From: Tubulanus polymorphus
Taxonomy: Eukaryota > Animalia > Nemertea
DNA length: 64,000 nucleotides
Reading direction: 5' to 3'
Assembly (NCBI RefSeq): GCF_964204645.1
Contig: NC_134030.1
Coordinates: forward strand, 4,878,778 to 4,942,777
Shown: piece by piece, positions 11,365 to 25,472 of the stretch
How the letters are laid out: every line of letters begins with the position of its first letter
Numbering within the stretch: the stretch's first letter is position 1
Translations under genes and position numbers: made by a program
The notes under the pieces: generated by a model
What the model saw: only the letters and a program-made list of their open reading frames with translations
Database searches by the model: none
Told to the model about the DNA's origin: nothing

Positions 11365-14121
11365 AACTGTATCCATACGCTGGAATATCGTTCAACCCAA
11401 GGCTTCCCGCCATAGCCCAAGATCCCGTTATATCTATACCTAGGAATATCATCTACCCATCATCATCATCATCTTGAAATATCATCAATGGTATAAATGT
11501 AGTTTTATAATTCATACAACATACAACTTCCGGCACAACTGTTTCAGGTAATGATAATGAAAACACACGCGGTTTATACTTGCGCGGTAAACCATTCATG
11601 ATTCTCAATCAATTAACTGATTACATGAACAGAAATTCACGGAAACAGAAAACGTGTTATCAACTCCTAACCCGGCTATCTCATTACTAAGCAGCTCGCA
11701 AATTGTTGCAACAAGCTACAGAATTTTCTAAGAAGACCGTTAAGACGTTCAGCCAAAAGTTCAGTGCATTGATATACAGTAGTGTAGGTGATGTCATATC
11801 GAATGAAGAATGTCCGAAATTCATCCGAGTAAAAGAAATGATTGCGTTATTTTGATAAGTTCCTATCAAAATTTGCGGCTTTGTTATCATAGATATCTTT
11901 ATCAGTTGCTTCAGACGTTTGCCGAATAAAGCTGCCGCGTGTTGTATCAGAGCATAACTGTTTTCCGAATGAAAACACTTTCACCACCGTCAGCGTTACT
12001 GAACTATGAGCTAATCCGCGTTTTCATCCTCGTTTTTTTTTTTTCAGTACATTTTACGCTTTCTATCAACATCATCTGTGATCAACGTGTGCCACAAACA
12101 CGTCAACTATGAATCATACATCAACTTATTATCATTCTCAACCGAACAAATAGAAAAAAAAACAAGCAAATCTAATCGAAATCATAAATTATTTTATGAA
12201 ATGATGCGTGAGACGCCGTAAACAATGATTTTTCGTTTAGGCGACAGACTGCATAGAAGACAAGGGTGGATAGATGACAGTTTAAAAGTTGGCAATCCCT
12301 TAAAAAATACAAGCATCATGCCAGGGGAAGTTTCCTTTCCCATCTTCCAGCATCATCAGAACTTTCCAGCCCTTTCTACTCACTGCTATGCGGGGTAGGG
12401 GGCATAGGTGACCGTGAACTTCCATGTCTACTGAATCAATATCTCACAAATAAAGACATGAAGGCAAAGAGCGCCGTCAAAATTAATCCATCTATGTATA
12501 CTGAAATACTGATTGATTGATCGCACTTAATCGATCATTCAATATTCACTGATTAATCATCATAAACTGACACACTACACACATATACACACCCTCTACT
12601 CTACTCCTCTTCCAGCACTACTATTCAGTTTATTGATGGAAAGAAGTTTTCAGACTTCTTTCAGTCAATCGTTTCATCATTACGTGACATCGAGTATGCC
12701 TGGCATGAGGAGAGATATTTTTAGAAACGTTTCTTTAACCCTATCCCTGCTATAGTCGATTGTTTTTGGTTTTTACCTAATATGGCAACGCACGACGGTG
12801 GAGAAACCTGACTCGGCGAAAGGGTCGATAGAAGCGATGAACATTGACCAGATTCCGGAATAAACCATGGAATGAGTATCCTGATATCAGAAAGAAAACT
12901 AATTTAATTTCTATATGTCACAGAAACTGTAATGATGTGAATGAATAGATTTGTGGAGACATCTGGATGATATGATGAGATATGTACAGGTGAAAGAGAG
13001 TTGGGTAAGTATGATTTCAGCAGGTGCAGGCAGCAGATGAGACATGATGATGATGATTCACTAAAAGGTGTGGGAACATCCTACACACAGAACACATTGT
13101 GAACATTTTGAAATGACTTCAATTTGTGAGAAAATTGTCACGTCTTAGACAAGGAAAATGATGGAAATCAAAGTATTCAATTTTCAATAAATTTTGTAGT
13201 TCAATTACAATTGTGAGATTCAATGTTTCATTAGAAGACAGCGATGTTGTAATAAACATTGAATCCCACCATTCTAATTGATCTAAAAAGTTTATCGAAA
13301 ATTTAATATTACTATCATTTTTAGAATGGAGAAATGTGGCAGTGACAACCCCAAAATATTTCTATTTTCGATAAAAAACTTCATAATCATAGGATTTAAT
13401 GTTTGGTAGACTATCGGTGAGTCAGTGAGAGGGGAGTGCATGCGTTACACCTGATCAAGCACTAACGACAATGTGTTATTTTATTATTTCAATGTTTCCG
13501 CAGGAGGTTCCTCCGGTTCGTTCTGGTCGTAGAACATGGGCAGCATCTGCGAGCGAGCACCGCCGCACGTGCAGTCTGTGATACACCTGCCGGAGAACGA
13601 ATTGCCATCACAGGTTTACACCCGTGACTAATAATGATTATTGATAATAGCGTATTTATTCATTATTCTACATCTCCTGAAATTACTTATCGAAAAAAAC
13701 TAACGTACTTGTAATAAAATATTATTGACAGGGTTAAGAGGGTCGACTAGGGTCAATAGGAATAGGAAAAGATGCTTAGATTCTGATATTTCAATTTCCT
13801 ATTTAGGACGGAATGGAAACGGAGAACTTCCTGTGCACTCACAGCGGGGAAGGGGATTAATGAAGTACATTCCAAAAATATGAGACGGTTCAGCAACAAC
13901 TGTGAAAACAACAGATAAAACTGTGAAAATATTCACCAATTTCCCCTAGTAGAAGCTGCGCTGAATCAAACTATCAGTTGTCATTCGGAAGTATTGGACA
14001 ATTCCTGAACCCTGACTGACTGTTTACAATGAGAAATCCTAACTGAGAAGTAAACCATTCCTAAGAAAAATGATGGCAACAGGTGCGGGGTATACGTGTG
14101 AATTCATCAGCCTGATAAACC

Positions 14122-14749
<628 letters not shown>

Positions 14750-15484
14750 TGTGATATGATTCTCGACACAGGAAACTAAATGTTTGATCAGCCGTCTCTA
14801 ATCATAAACGCTACATCCGGATGCTTCTTCTCCAGTAGAGGATGAAGCACTGCCTGCATCCTCCTCTCATTCAGTGTTGCACGGGTTTTTTTTCTTTCAA
14901 ATTTTCACCGGATAATTATTGTTTTCTTAGCAATCAATTTTCATCCATCCATTATTGGTCTGTTTGTACTAATTATTTTCATTTATTTTGAGAATAATAA
15001 ACCGTTGCTAAAAAAAAAGTTTCAAACAGATGATAAAATTCGGCTTCAAGTCTCTGGCTGAACAGTGTTAAGCAGTCTAGTAGAACAGAATCTTTTTAGA
15101 AAACTGACAGTAGGTTTTATGAGTAAGAAAGGCAGCTCTAGCAAACACATTCAGGGAAACTGGATGCTAGATTGCAGGTTTGCATAATGGAATGGTACAC
15201 AAACTTTGTTGCCACTCAGTAACCCGATGTCACAGATGAAAGGCACGACTGGTCGCATGGATTGCTTGAAAGTGGCATCAGCCCCGTCTCTAGTCTAGCT
15301 GCAGCTCGCCGACGAGAAATTAAGCCATTTGATGTAGACTTATAACTTCAGGCTGGTCGACAAGCTTTCAGTCAGTGGACCCTAGATCTAAAACCCTTAT
15401 ATCTATCAAAGCCCAAGGTCGTATTAAATAGATGAAACATTGCCGGACAAGTCAAAATATAGCGGATACTTTCCAACTCTCTAA

Positions 15485-15638
15485 AGCCACATTCACCACA
15501 TTTTTTAAAACAGTCTTAATCAATCCCAAATTAAAACCAAGTATTCATACAATCAGAACAGATCTATTAAGACTGACCGATGGCCATTCTGAATTTCTAA
15601 ATTTCTGAATAACTACTAGTGATAGTGCGAACGCAGCT
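15485..15638. mobile_element. MITE family C, short copy
   Basis: agccacattcac...gtgatagtgcgaacgcagct. Confidence 0.6.
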
Positions 15639-15863
15639 TATGTAGAGAAATCAAGGGTTGAATATCTGAACTAAATACCTACAGCTTCGTGTGGGTTTTC
15701 ATTACTCTTCAACATTTGAAATCAGACTCCGAACACAATCTACTAACATTGAGATACCGCTACTGAGAGAGTCTTCGTACCGTTTCTTCAACCTATCATT
15801 TTAATTATACGGTTAATGATGTTAAATGTTAACAACTCCCACAGACACACACGGAGCTGCTCC

Positions 15864-16969
15864 GAGAGGAGAGAGTTCACTAACAACAGAGGAGAGAGTT
15901 CACTAACAACAGAGCAGAGAGTTCACTAACAACAGAGCAGAGAGTTCACTAACAACAGAGCAGAGAGTTCACTAACAACAGAGGAGAGAGTTCACTAACA
16001 ACAGAGGAGAGAGTTCACTAACAACAGAGCAGAGAGTTCACTAACAACAGAGGAGAGAGTTCACTAACAACAGAGGAGAGAGTTCACTAACAACAGAGGA
16101 TAGAGTTCACTAACAACAGAGCAGAGAGTTCACTAACAACAGAGGAGAGAGTTCACTAACAACAGAGGAGAGAGTTCACTAACAACAGAGCAGAGAGTTC
16201 ACTAACAACAGAGGAGAGAGTTCACTAACAACAGAGGAGAGAGTTCACTGACAACAGAGGAGAGAGTTCACTAACAACCGAGCAGAGAGTTCACTAACAA
16301 CAGAGCAGAGAGTTCACTAACAACAGAGGAGAGAGTTCACTAACAACAGAGCAGAGAGTTCACTAACAACAGAGGAGAGAGTTCACTTACAACAGAGCAG
16401 AGAGTTCACGAACAACAGAGCAGAGAGTTCACTAACAACAGAGCAGAGAGTTCACTAACAACAGAGGAGAGAGTTCACTAACAACAGAGCAGAGAGTTCA
16501 CTAACAACAGAGCAGAGAGTTCACTAACAACAGAGGAGAGAGTTCACTAACAACAGAGGAGAGAGTTCACTAACAACAGAGCAGAGAGTTCACTAACAAC
16601 AGAGCAGAGAGTTCACTAACAACAGAGGAGAGAGTTCACTAACAACAGAGCAGAGAGTTCACTAACAACAGAGGAGAGAGTTCACTTACAACAGAGCAGA
16701 GAGTTCACGAACAACAGAGCAGAGAGTTCACTAACAACAGAGCAGAGAGTTCACTAACAACATAGGAGAGAGTTCACTAACAATAGAGGAGAGAGTTCAC
16801 TAACAACAGAGGAGGGAGTACACTAACAACAGAGCAGAGAGTTCACTAACAACAGAGCAGAGAGTTCACTAACAACAGAGCAGAGAGTTCACTAACAACA
16901 GAGCAGAGAGTTCACTAACAACAGAGGAGGGAGTACACTAACAACAGAGCAGAGAGTTCACTAACAACA
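15864..16969. repeat. 23-bp minisatellite, ~48 copies
   Basis: Unit gagagttcactaacaacagag(g/c)a in head-to-tail tandem. Confidence 0.97.
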
Positions 16970-18124
16970 ATCCCGGTGGAGGAAGATGGTGGCTCAAGGA
17001 CAAAACCTCATCCAACAAATTTCTAGATGGAGAAATCGACAAAGGCATTTAATAATGACAGTACGAAAGAAATCAATCCTAAGTAGGGAGAGTTCCTACT
17101 CATGAATAGGGAAAAAGAGTCAGTTAAGGATAAATTGACGGATGATAAATGTTTCAAATTTCGATGCGTGTGGGCCTACGACGAGACGCTTTACCACCTT
17201 AATCCCATTCAGCTGCAATGAGTCAAATTCAATTTATTTCAACAACTGCCGCGGTTCAGTCGAGAAAGTTATTTTCGGATGCTGCTCGTGCCGCTGTCGA
17301 GGTCTTTGTGCTTCTTCACTTCGTATTGATATGTAGCGAAAAAACAAAGGAACCTTTGTACGATAACAAGCTTGAACTCATAATCAAAATAAAGTCAGTC
17401 CACCGCGCGGAGAATGATAGGAGAGTGACTGGTATGACGGATGGAATAAACTGCTAAATACATGTATCATCGTACCACCAGGGTAGAGGCCTCTTCAATC
17501 ATAAACATTTTTAACCCAAAGTTGCGTATGATTGATCGAAAGATTGTTTTGTAGAGAAACGCTGAAAAACATACCAATTTCATACATTCAAGGGAAGGGT
17601 TTTGGCAAGATTATCTACTTACGAAGAGGACTTGAAATACGCTCGACAAGACAAGCAAAATTAAAGGCATAATTGGTAAAGTGAAAGCTCCATAATTTTA
17701 TTCAAATAGCCAATCAACCAATCATGAAAGTGATTACAGTCTGTTACGAAGCCTTTGATTTGCTTCCTCGAGACATGTAAGAAACGACGAAATATGCAAA
17801 TAGTCTCTCGCAGGAAAAGCATCGTGTCTCGTGTACTAAAACATAGAGAGAGATAATTCAACAGGGTGAATACAGTGTGAATACTAATAACATAGCACAG
17901 AGGACACTGTCGCATCACTTTACTGTATCTGTTACTGAATACCTGATCTGATTCTGTGATAGACAAAACCAGCATCATTTTTTATTATTTGTGGCTTTCC
18001 AAGAATTTCAATCATCGATTTAAATTTCCTAACGATGAACATCAAAGAATGCTCGAAACTTAGGAGATAAAAAATTTCATCAAAAATCCATTGAAGAGAG
18101 CTGTGGAGGAGGCGTGATAACCAG

Positions 18125-18232
18125 GACCCAGTTCCACAGTTGTGAGTTAGAGTTATCTCTGAGTTAAAGTTAGCTCATTTTCAATGAGTTAACTCAGTGT
18201 CAAATCTTAACTCAGAACTGTGGAACTGGACC
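18125..18232. mobile_element. 108-bp fold-back MITE with ends similar to the 19900 element
   Basis: ccagttccacagttgtgagtta / taactcagaactgtggaactgg inverted repeat, flanks CAG/CTG, internal gagtta repeats. Confidence 0.78.
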
Positions 18233-18241
18233 CTGGTGTAG

Positions 18242-18438
18242 AATCAGTAAACGCAAAGACAAATTTTACATTGAAGGTTAACTTTATTTCAATAAAAATA
18301 CGAGCTTTCGCTAATAGTGTATAGTAGCTTCATCTGGTAAATGAGTGAATTTATTTGATGATTTACTTGCGAAAGCTGATACTCTCAATTAAATCAAGTT
18401 AACCTTCAACGTAATATTTGTCTTTACATTAACTGATT
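18242..18438. mobile_element. Inverted-repeat remnant resembling Penelope-like pseudo-LTR ends, with degenerate hammerhead core
   Basis: Imperfect inverted arms of ~50 bp or more. Minus strand reads CAGATGAAGCTA...TAGCGAAAGCTC...AATAAA. Confidence 0.55.
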
Positions 18439-19542
18439 AAAAATCCATGCAATTACTTTTAGTTCTCCAATTTCATCTGGATATATTTTGCGTCGGCAAA
18501 TTTAGTTAGCATTAAACGATTTTTGCACATGACCCGAGGTAGACGTATCGATGAGGCATGCCTCGCGAGAAAAAATGCGATAATTTGAGGCTGCCGATTT
18601 TTATTCTAACAGCGCGCACCTGTAATTCGAACCTTCAGGTACTACTCCATTACTGCTGCTTTTGTAAGCGCAGCAACAGTTCTGTCAATAATAAACAATT
18701 CGTTGCCACTGGCAACTGCATCTTATTTCAGGGACTGTGGATTAGCGTCTCATGTGTGACGAGCGAAGCGTCCTCCTCCGTATGACGACAGTTACAGCTG
18801 AAGGCGTCGAACGTGAGAGTAAAACTAAAATCCCCGCAGATAAATACTTTCGATAATAGAACCTATTGTGCATTGTTCTTTGTACACTTTCATCGGGAAA
18901 ATCTTATACCGTTGATCCAGTTTTCGCAAACATTCTATTCGTTTTTTTTTTGGCAAACCGCATCGCTTGCAGCAAATACAGCATACGTATACAACATTTT
19001 ACACGAATTACAGGTTGTATATAAAGTGCCCGTGTCGCTGCTGTTGAACTGAGCGTTTATCGGGGAGTTTTTGTGCAATTCATACATAGAAATTCATTTC
19101 GTCGATTATTTTAGCGTTTATCAACATAGACAGCGGACAAGCGCGAGAATACGAGACCCGCCTCACCGGTCAGGCGCGGCGTATAAATCATTTCTCGATC
19201 ATAGATGTATATTTTATGGAGTTTGCATCGTGATGTTGTGTTTGAACCGGTGGAGGGAGAGCCGGAGAGAGAGAGAGAGCCGCCGCCATCGTGTCTGCGT
19301 ATTTAATGGATTTATCAAGTATTACCTGGGTCTCGTTACCGACTCTACGCGCTGCGGTGAACTTGACATTTCTAATTAATTGTCGATGTCAACGAAGTCA
19401 AAACTCAAGTTTAATCAACAGCTCGGTAGTTAGTAACGGGCTATACGTCACGTGTCACATTATATCCACCCGATGATGACTGATCCACTCCATGCGATGA
19501 ATTCAACTTGGATTTTTTTCCATCGTGATTTGTTTCGTTAAG

Positions 19543-19866
19543 AGCCACATTCACACTGCCATCATTTAGAACTAGAACATTATTAGTTTAGTCCATTCCA
19601 ATTTAGAATGGACCAAACGAAAAGTACGTCCATTTTTTGAACAGATTAATTCAGATCATCCGAAAAAAAATGATCCAGGTCTGTTCTGAATTTCAGAATG
19701 GACCATTTCTCTGCGTGTAGTTAGATCAGAGCATTTTGTGACGTCCAGCTGGACCAGCGATTTAAAAACATGCGTGAACGCACAGCATTGATACGTTCCA
19801 TTCTTCATATGTCCATTCCAGTATGGGCCAAATTAAAATGAACTAACTGGTGATAGTGTGAACGCA
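19543..19866. mobile_element. MITE family C copy
   Basis: agccacattcacact...gtccattcc...gaatggacc...gtgatagtgtgaacgc. Confidence 0.7.
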
Positions 19867-19899
19867 TATGTTCATGTTTTAGAAAATGTTTGAGCCCAG

Positions 19900-20037
19900 G
19901 GGCCAGTTGCACAGTCGTGATTTAAGTCCAAAAATGGTCTTAAATCTTAAGACAAGTCTTAAGTTGTTAGATTGGATATAGAACTAAGTTGGTCTTAGAC
20001 TGGTCTTAAGTCTAAGCCATGACTATGCAACCGGCCC
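19900..20037. mobile_element. 138-bp MITE, GGGCC ends, CAG TSD (Harbinger-like CWG target)
   Basis: gggccagttgcacagtcgtg / catgactatgcaaccggccc, flanked by CAG on both sides; internal gtcttaag repeats. Confidence 0.82.
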
Positions 20038-21541
20038 CAGGACAACACGTTCGCACCTGACGAGTCGAGTCAAGTCAAAGAAGGACTTCAGTAGTTCTCA
20101 GTTCAGATATATGCAGCATACGGAATATCAGTTACAGAGATTAGTAAACCAGGGTTTCGTTTCTATTCCGACCCCCAAGTGCCTTTGTCTTATTTGAACA
20201 GCTGAAAGAGCAGCGAGCAGTGAGCAGTACTCACACCCTGTAAGTCAGCTGTTCTCATTATGTAACAACTATAGATCAATTCGATCACAAGAAATAGATA
20301 GAACAAGCAGTTAGTTACTCATTACTGAAAAACTGTTCAAATCTACGAATTTTGCAATGATTTTCACTCTCTGGTCAACTTCCCATGATTCTTATATGAA
20401 TCAAAGATCTGATGAAACGACTGAAAGATGGCTTTTCCAAAGTTAGGATCTAATCTTAGATATAAACAATTAATCTTACCTTGTATGATGACAAACTCTG
20501 TAGCAATGATTAGAAGACATTTCAACATACAATCCCAGCGAAACGTAATTATTGTCATTATGACATCACAGCTTCAGCACGACAGCTAAAACGATAAACA
20601 AACAATTATCATTAACTATTGGATAAAAAAGACAAATCTCGAAACATTATTCAAAAAAGGTTCTTTGCATAAGGGGCGGGGCAAGACGATTTCAATTCAA
20701 TTTATTCATCATATAATCTGTACGTACAAAGATTGTCAATGAACATAAACGAGGAAAAAGAAAAGCAGTCAGAAACAAATGAAATTTGGACGATCAAATT
20801 TCCCTCGTACATGATCATGTGAATTGAAGTTGGATAGATCATTAAGTCTAAATCAAAGAAAAATTCAAATTTCCGAATGCATGATCAATGAATGAAACCA
20901 CGATTCGAATGATCTTCAAGAATTCTTATCGATTCTTCTAGCGTATTCCTGGCACGGATTCTGGCAACAATTAGCGCTAAAAATCCACTGAGTTTCTTTA
21001 CTCAACATGCATCAAGTTGATTCAGTGTTCGGTGCAAACATTTATCACTAGAAGGCGAAACGCCTCGTCTGAAAGACGTGTATCCATTCCATACTCATCA
21101 AACCCTGAATAATTTATCTATTTATCTCTCAGAACTCCGCAGCCCTTTTACCCACTTAATACTCAATACCCATCGTGCTACAGTAGCGACTTGTCTGATT
21201 TAATGAACGTAAACTCGCACAAAGTACGCAAGTGAAAAAATGCATCTAAGTAATAGCGTGTATTTCTGACTTGAGGTAAAAGAGGAAAAACTGAGTTTTG
21301 CAAAGCGAGATTTAATACTTCGGCCTCGCGATTGCCAGCAACTCATTATAACGAGATTCACAGCAATAACCAGCGCCGATCTCTTCACAAAGACCCGTCC
21401 ATCGACACACGTGCCCATGCAACTGCCAGCGATGCCAGTCGCAATGAGTCGCACATGTTCTATCATCTGTTACTGGCATACACTGATCTCGACAGAGACT
21501 AGTCATACACAGGCACTGATAATTTGCGACAAGTTGCAACA

Positions 21542-21780
21542 CAGGGGCGAATTTAGGACTTCTTCAAAGGGGTGCAGAAAAGAGGGGCGACAATACTTCA
21601 TTGCCTGCCTTGAGCGAGAACCGAAGGCGCTAAACCGTTAAGGCGCTTTTTTCAGGGCATCTGATCTCATTATCTACGTCATAGCAACTTTGAAACTATA
21701 AATGTATTTACAAGAACAGCTTTCAAAAGATTGGGGCCAGAAAAAAGGGCTCTCAGAAGATTTCTCTGGATCCGCCCCTG
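21542..21780. mobile_element. CAGGGGCG-ended MITE (hAT-like)
   Basis: caggggcgaattt / ggatccgcccctg; flanks caaca/caacc. Confidence 0.7.
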
Positions 21781-22305
21781 CAACCAATCATGATGCAGTC
21801 GCCTTTTAAGTAGTGATACATAAAGACAAAAGACTCGTTGATGGTTGGAGTCAGGAGGTTTACATTTTGATAGAGTGTTTGACGGGCGATGCGCGCTAAG
21901 TTTGTCGAAGCGTACTGATATTTGCGGAGTGAGATAGATCGATAAAGACGATCAAAAAGACTAAAAATTCCTCAGAAATGAGTCTTCATCTCGTTCCGTA
22001 CGACGCCCTGAGCTACGAAACAAACCGTCTCGTAAGATAAATCCGCAAATAACGACGTCGTCGCGCAACGTAGAGAAAAAAACTAAAAATCAAAGGAAAC
22101 GTATAAATAAATCCCTTTAAAAAGAGATGAAATGAATGAAGGGAATTAGTGTCGGTTGAAACAACTAGAGAATGTATAGCAACTTGTTGTTTTGTGTAGA
22201 AATGTATTTGTTAGTAAAGTAATTAGTCATATGTTCTTTCTGTCTTTGTTTATGGCTCAAATTGTCTACTCACTGTCTGTCACCTAAGTTTTTGTTACTA
22301 TGCAG

Positions 22306-22440
<135 letters not shown>

Positions 22441-23281
22441 AGTCAGTTGAGATAGAATTAGAGACACGACACACACTTTTAGTTGGCAGTTTGTACTGAG
22501 CAGTTGTTGCGGTCGGAAGCCGACAAAGCATTTGAATAAAAGATATTTTATCAAGATGGAATTGATGACTTTGGATTTATTTTGACGAGCTAGTTCCCGA
22601 GTGCACTGAAAATGCTAGTTGTTACAAATGCTCCCAATTCTTCAAATAATACGAGGATTTTATTTCATACCCTGAGCAGAAATTTCTAGATTTTTTTCAA
22701 ATCGAAATCGCTGACAAAAATATTGAAAAAAAAAACGACAACTACGACGATGATATCACGACTTTAAATAAACATTAACCACGCTAAAATCAATGCGAAA
22801 CGTAATCAAACGAACAAATAGATCCGGCCTTCAACACATTTCATACAACGATATCTAAAACAAATCAATTCAATATTGAAATACTCTCTTCTAAATGTTA
22901 TCTCACATATTTTGGTACACAGTGCCGTATTTGGAAAACCTATATTCTAAGCCTACTAGCTATTTCTTTTTCATAGAATCCACGCTAAAAATCAATTCTT
23001 CCCTCGCTGCCAATTCAAGGCTTCTACCTGTCCTCCTTCTATACAAATTAATCGCTCGTTCTCTTGCCAATTTTCTCTCGCACCATTTCAAGACAAATAT
23101 GCAAGGATATGACAGGGCACAGAATGCGATTTAAGGCAAAATCTAGGTAGGACGAAGCCAATATAGGATAAAGCCACAAGCAATCTGGAATTCAACATCA
23201 GAATTGGGATGAGGTTCGACCGCGAATAGGATCTACAATACACAATCCACGTCCCCAACATATATTGGTAAAGGCAGACTA

Positions 23282-23966
23282 TGCTAGGTTCACACACACG
23301 ATTTTTCGTCGAGGAATCGAGCAACTCACAGTCGAGGACAACTATTTTGAAGTGAGTCATGTGTGTGAACGAAAAAGTTGCTCGATTTTCCTCGACACAA
23401 CTCTAGTCTCGACTAGTTGAGAGAAATAGAACATGTTCTATTTCTCTCAACTCAGTCGAGGAGTTGAGAGAAATCTAACCAATCAACATGCAGTATATTC
23501 GCGCGCATTTTAATAGTCTTCCTTTCTGGTAAGAGAGGGCAATATATTTCTACAATTTCTACAATAAAAGAATAAACCTTTAAAATCTCATCAATCGCAT
23601 GTCTATCAGATAATTGATATATAAGACTCATGAATTCTCTTTAAAATTTCTGGAGTCAGGCGGTACCAGGATCCCCTAACACCGGGCATGATATATCCAT
23701 ATGGATGCTGGATAGGCCAAAGTCGTTTTATCACAATTATCTTTTTGATTTCTGCTTAAATTGCAATTTCTTGTTCATCCTTCTATGCCTTCTATGCACT
23801 GCTGCATCTACGCCCAGCTGGAGTTGTGTGAATTAAGCTGTGTGTGTGAACACACATTTTGACACAACTTTGTTTATTTATCTAACCGGGTCAGAAGTTG
23901 AGAAATCGAGAAGTTGAGACAACTTCTCAATTTTCTCTTCAAAAAGTTGTGTGTGTGAACCCAGCA
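23282..23966. mobile_element. ~685-bp non-autonomous Harbinger-like element
   Basis: TIRs tgctaggttcacacacacgatttt / aaaagttgtgtgtgtgaacccagca, flanks CTA/TTA, subterminal gtgtgtgaac repeats, internal palindrome gagaaatagaacatgttctatttctc. Confidence 0.8.
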
Positions 23967-25472
23967 TTAGAACGAATCTATACGTGTTGACACTAACAAT
24001 CACAAGCAGCAAACGACAGAGACAGAGATGAACTGATAATCAATTCAACAGTTAAAAATCTAGAAACATCCTTATTGTCTGTCGCGTTAAAATCAATCGA
24101 CCCAACGCGAAACCTCAAAGACCGATGTCACAGCTTCAAATCATTATACCGGTTCCAATATTCAACCAGAACGAGACGTTTATATTTATTGAGCCAAATA
24201 TGTTTCGTTTCCACCCGTTACTTGAAAGAACTGTAAACTGATACATGAAGTGTGTAATGATTTTCGTCGTTGTTACTTGAAACAAACATTTTTACCCGAT
24301 GCACATACGCTCACACACACGCTCAGTGAATGTGACACTTTAACGACTAACTTCGCATTTACCGGTGCAGAAAATCGAAGTTCAAAGAGAAGTTTGAACA
24401 TTTTTAACGGAAACATTACGTGTCACGCGCGGAATCTGAATCTGAAGTTGAAAACAATAAATGATAGAAATTTTTAACCCTTTGTTTTCATCTTCAAATT
24501 CGGCAGCGAACCCCCGAGCTTTCATTTTCCTGTTCGCGGTTTCAGCTCCGAAGTTTCAAACGTAGCACGAGGTAAGATGACCGTCGAATTCCCAGGCCAC
24601 CGGGCAACGTCATTAGTCAATACTCGACTGTCGAAAAGCTGATGGCAGCAAAGATGAGATGGAATGATGGAATAATGCTTTATGCGCTGTCGTTGGTAAA
24701 TATCCTCAGGAACTATTGGCTTACAGGGTTTCTTATTACAGCAGTAGCAGCAGCACACAATCATGGCTGAATATGATAATGGTCGAGGTTGGTCACTTTG
24801 TTGAAGATGGAGTGTCAGGAGGGAGTGTCATGCGCTTACATGCTTCGCATAGCATTCAACATTTCCAAGTTTTCCCACGTATTTCATGGGTCGTTATTCG
24901 ATGTTTCACAGATTAGAGGAAAACTGGTAAAATTCACAAATATTTCTAAACCTGAAAGTACCATTTGAAAATTTCCAATTTCTATCCGATATCCCGGTAC
25001 TGCTGGACCAAAAACTAACCCTCAGACATCATGCAAAAATTTCATGCAAAAACTGTCTTATGTTTTTCGTAGACACAAGACTGAGTCTTAGTTAGCGAAG
25101 GGTTAAATGCTGGTATCGATCGCTGGTATATCTGTTTTGGTATCTAGCTCTGAGTGTGGGTGGGTTGCGGGGAGACTATGACTCAATACCAATACCACTG
25201 GAACCAGTGGATAATTCGTTACAGATGCAGCTAACAACGGTATTATCAGAATTATCGCAGACTTACCGCGGTGTAAACATCTTCCCGAGTCCCGATTTAA
25301 AACAGGAAGCAACTTTCATCTGAGGGTTTTTATTTCCAGACGTGGAATGAATCAGTTTTATATTTGTCGGACGACATAAACCTGTCATCATTACAGTAAT
25401 ACATGATGTTTCTTTCAATCTCAAAGAATGATTGCTGCCCCTTGAATGATTGCTGACCATTTTGGAAACGAT

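Noticed and set aside
15864-16969. CRISPR-like array
   Set aside because: Head-to-tail units with no unique spacers, in a eukaryotic intron with no cas genes.
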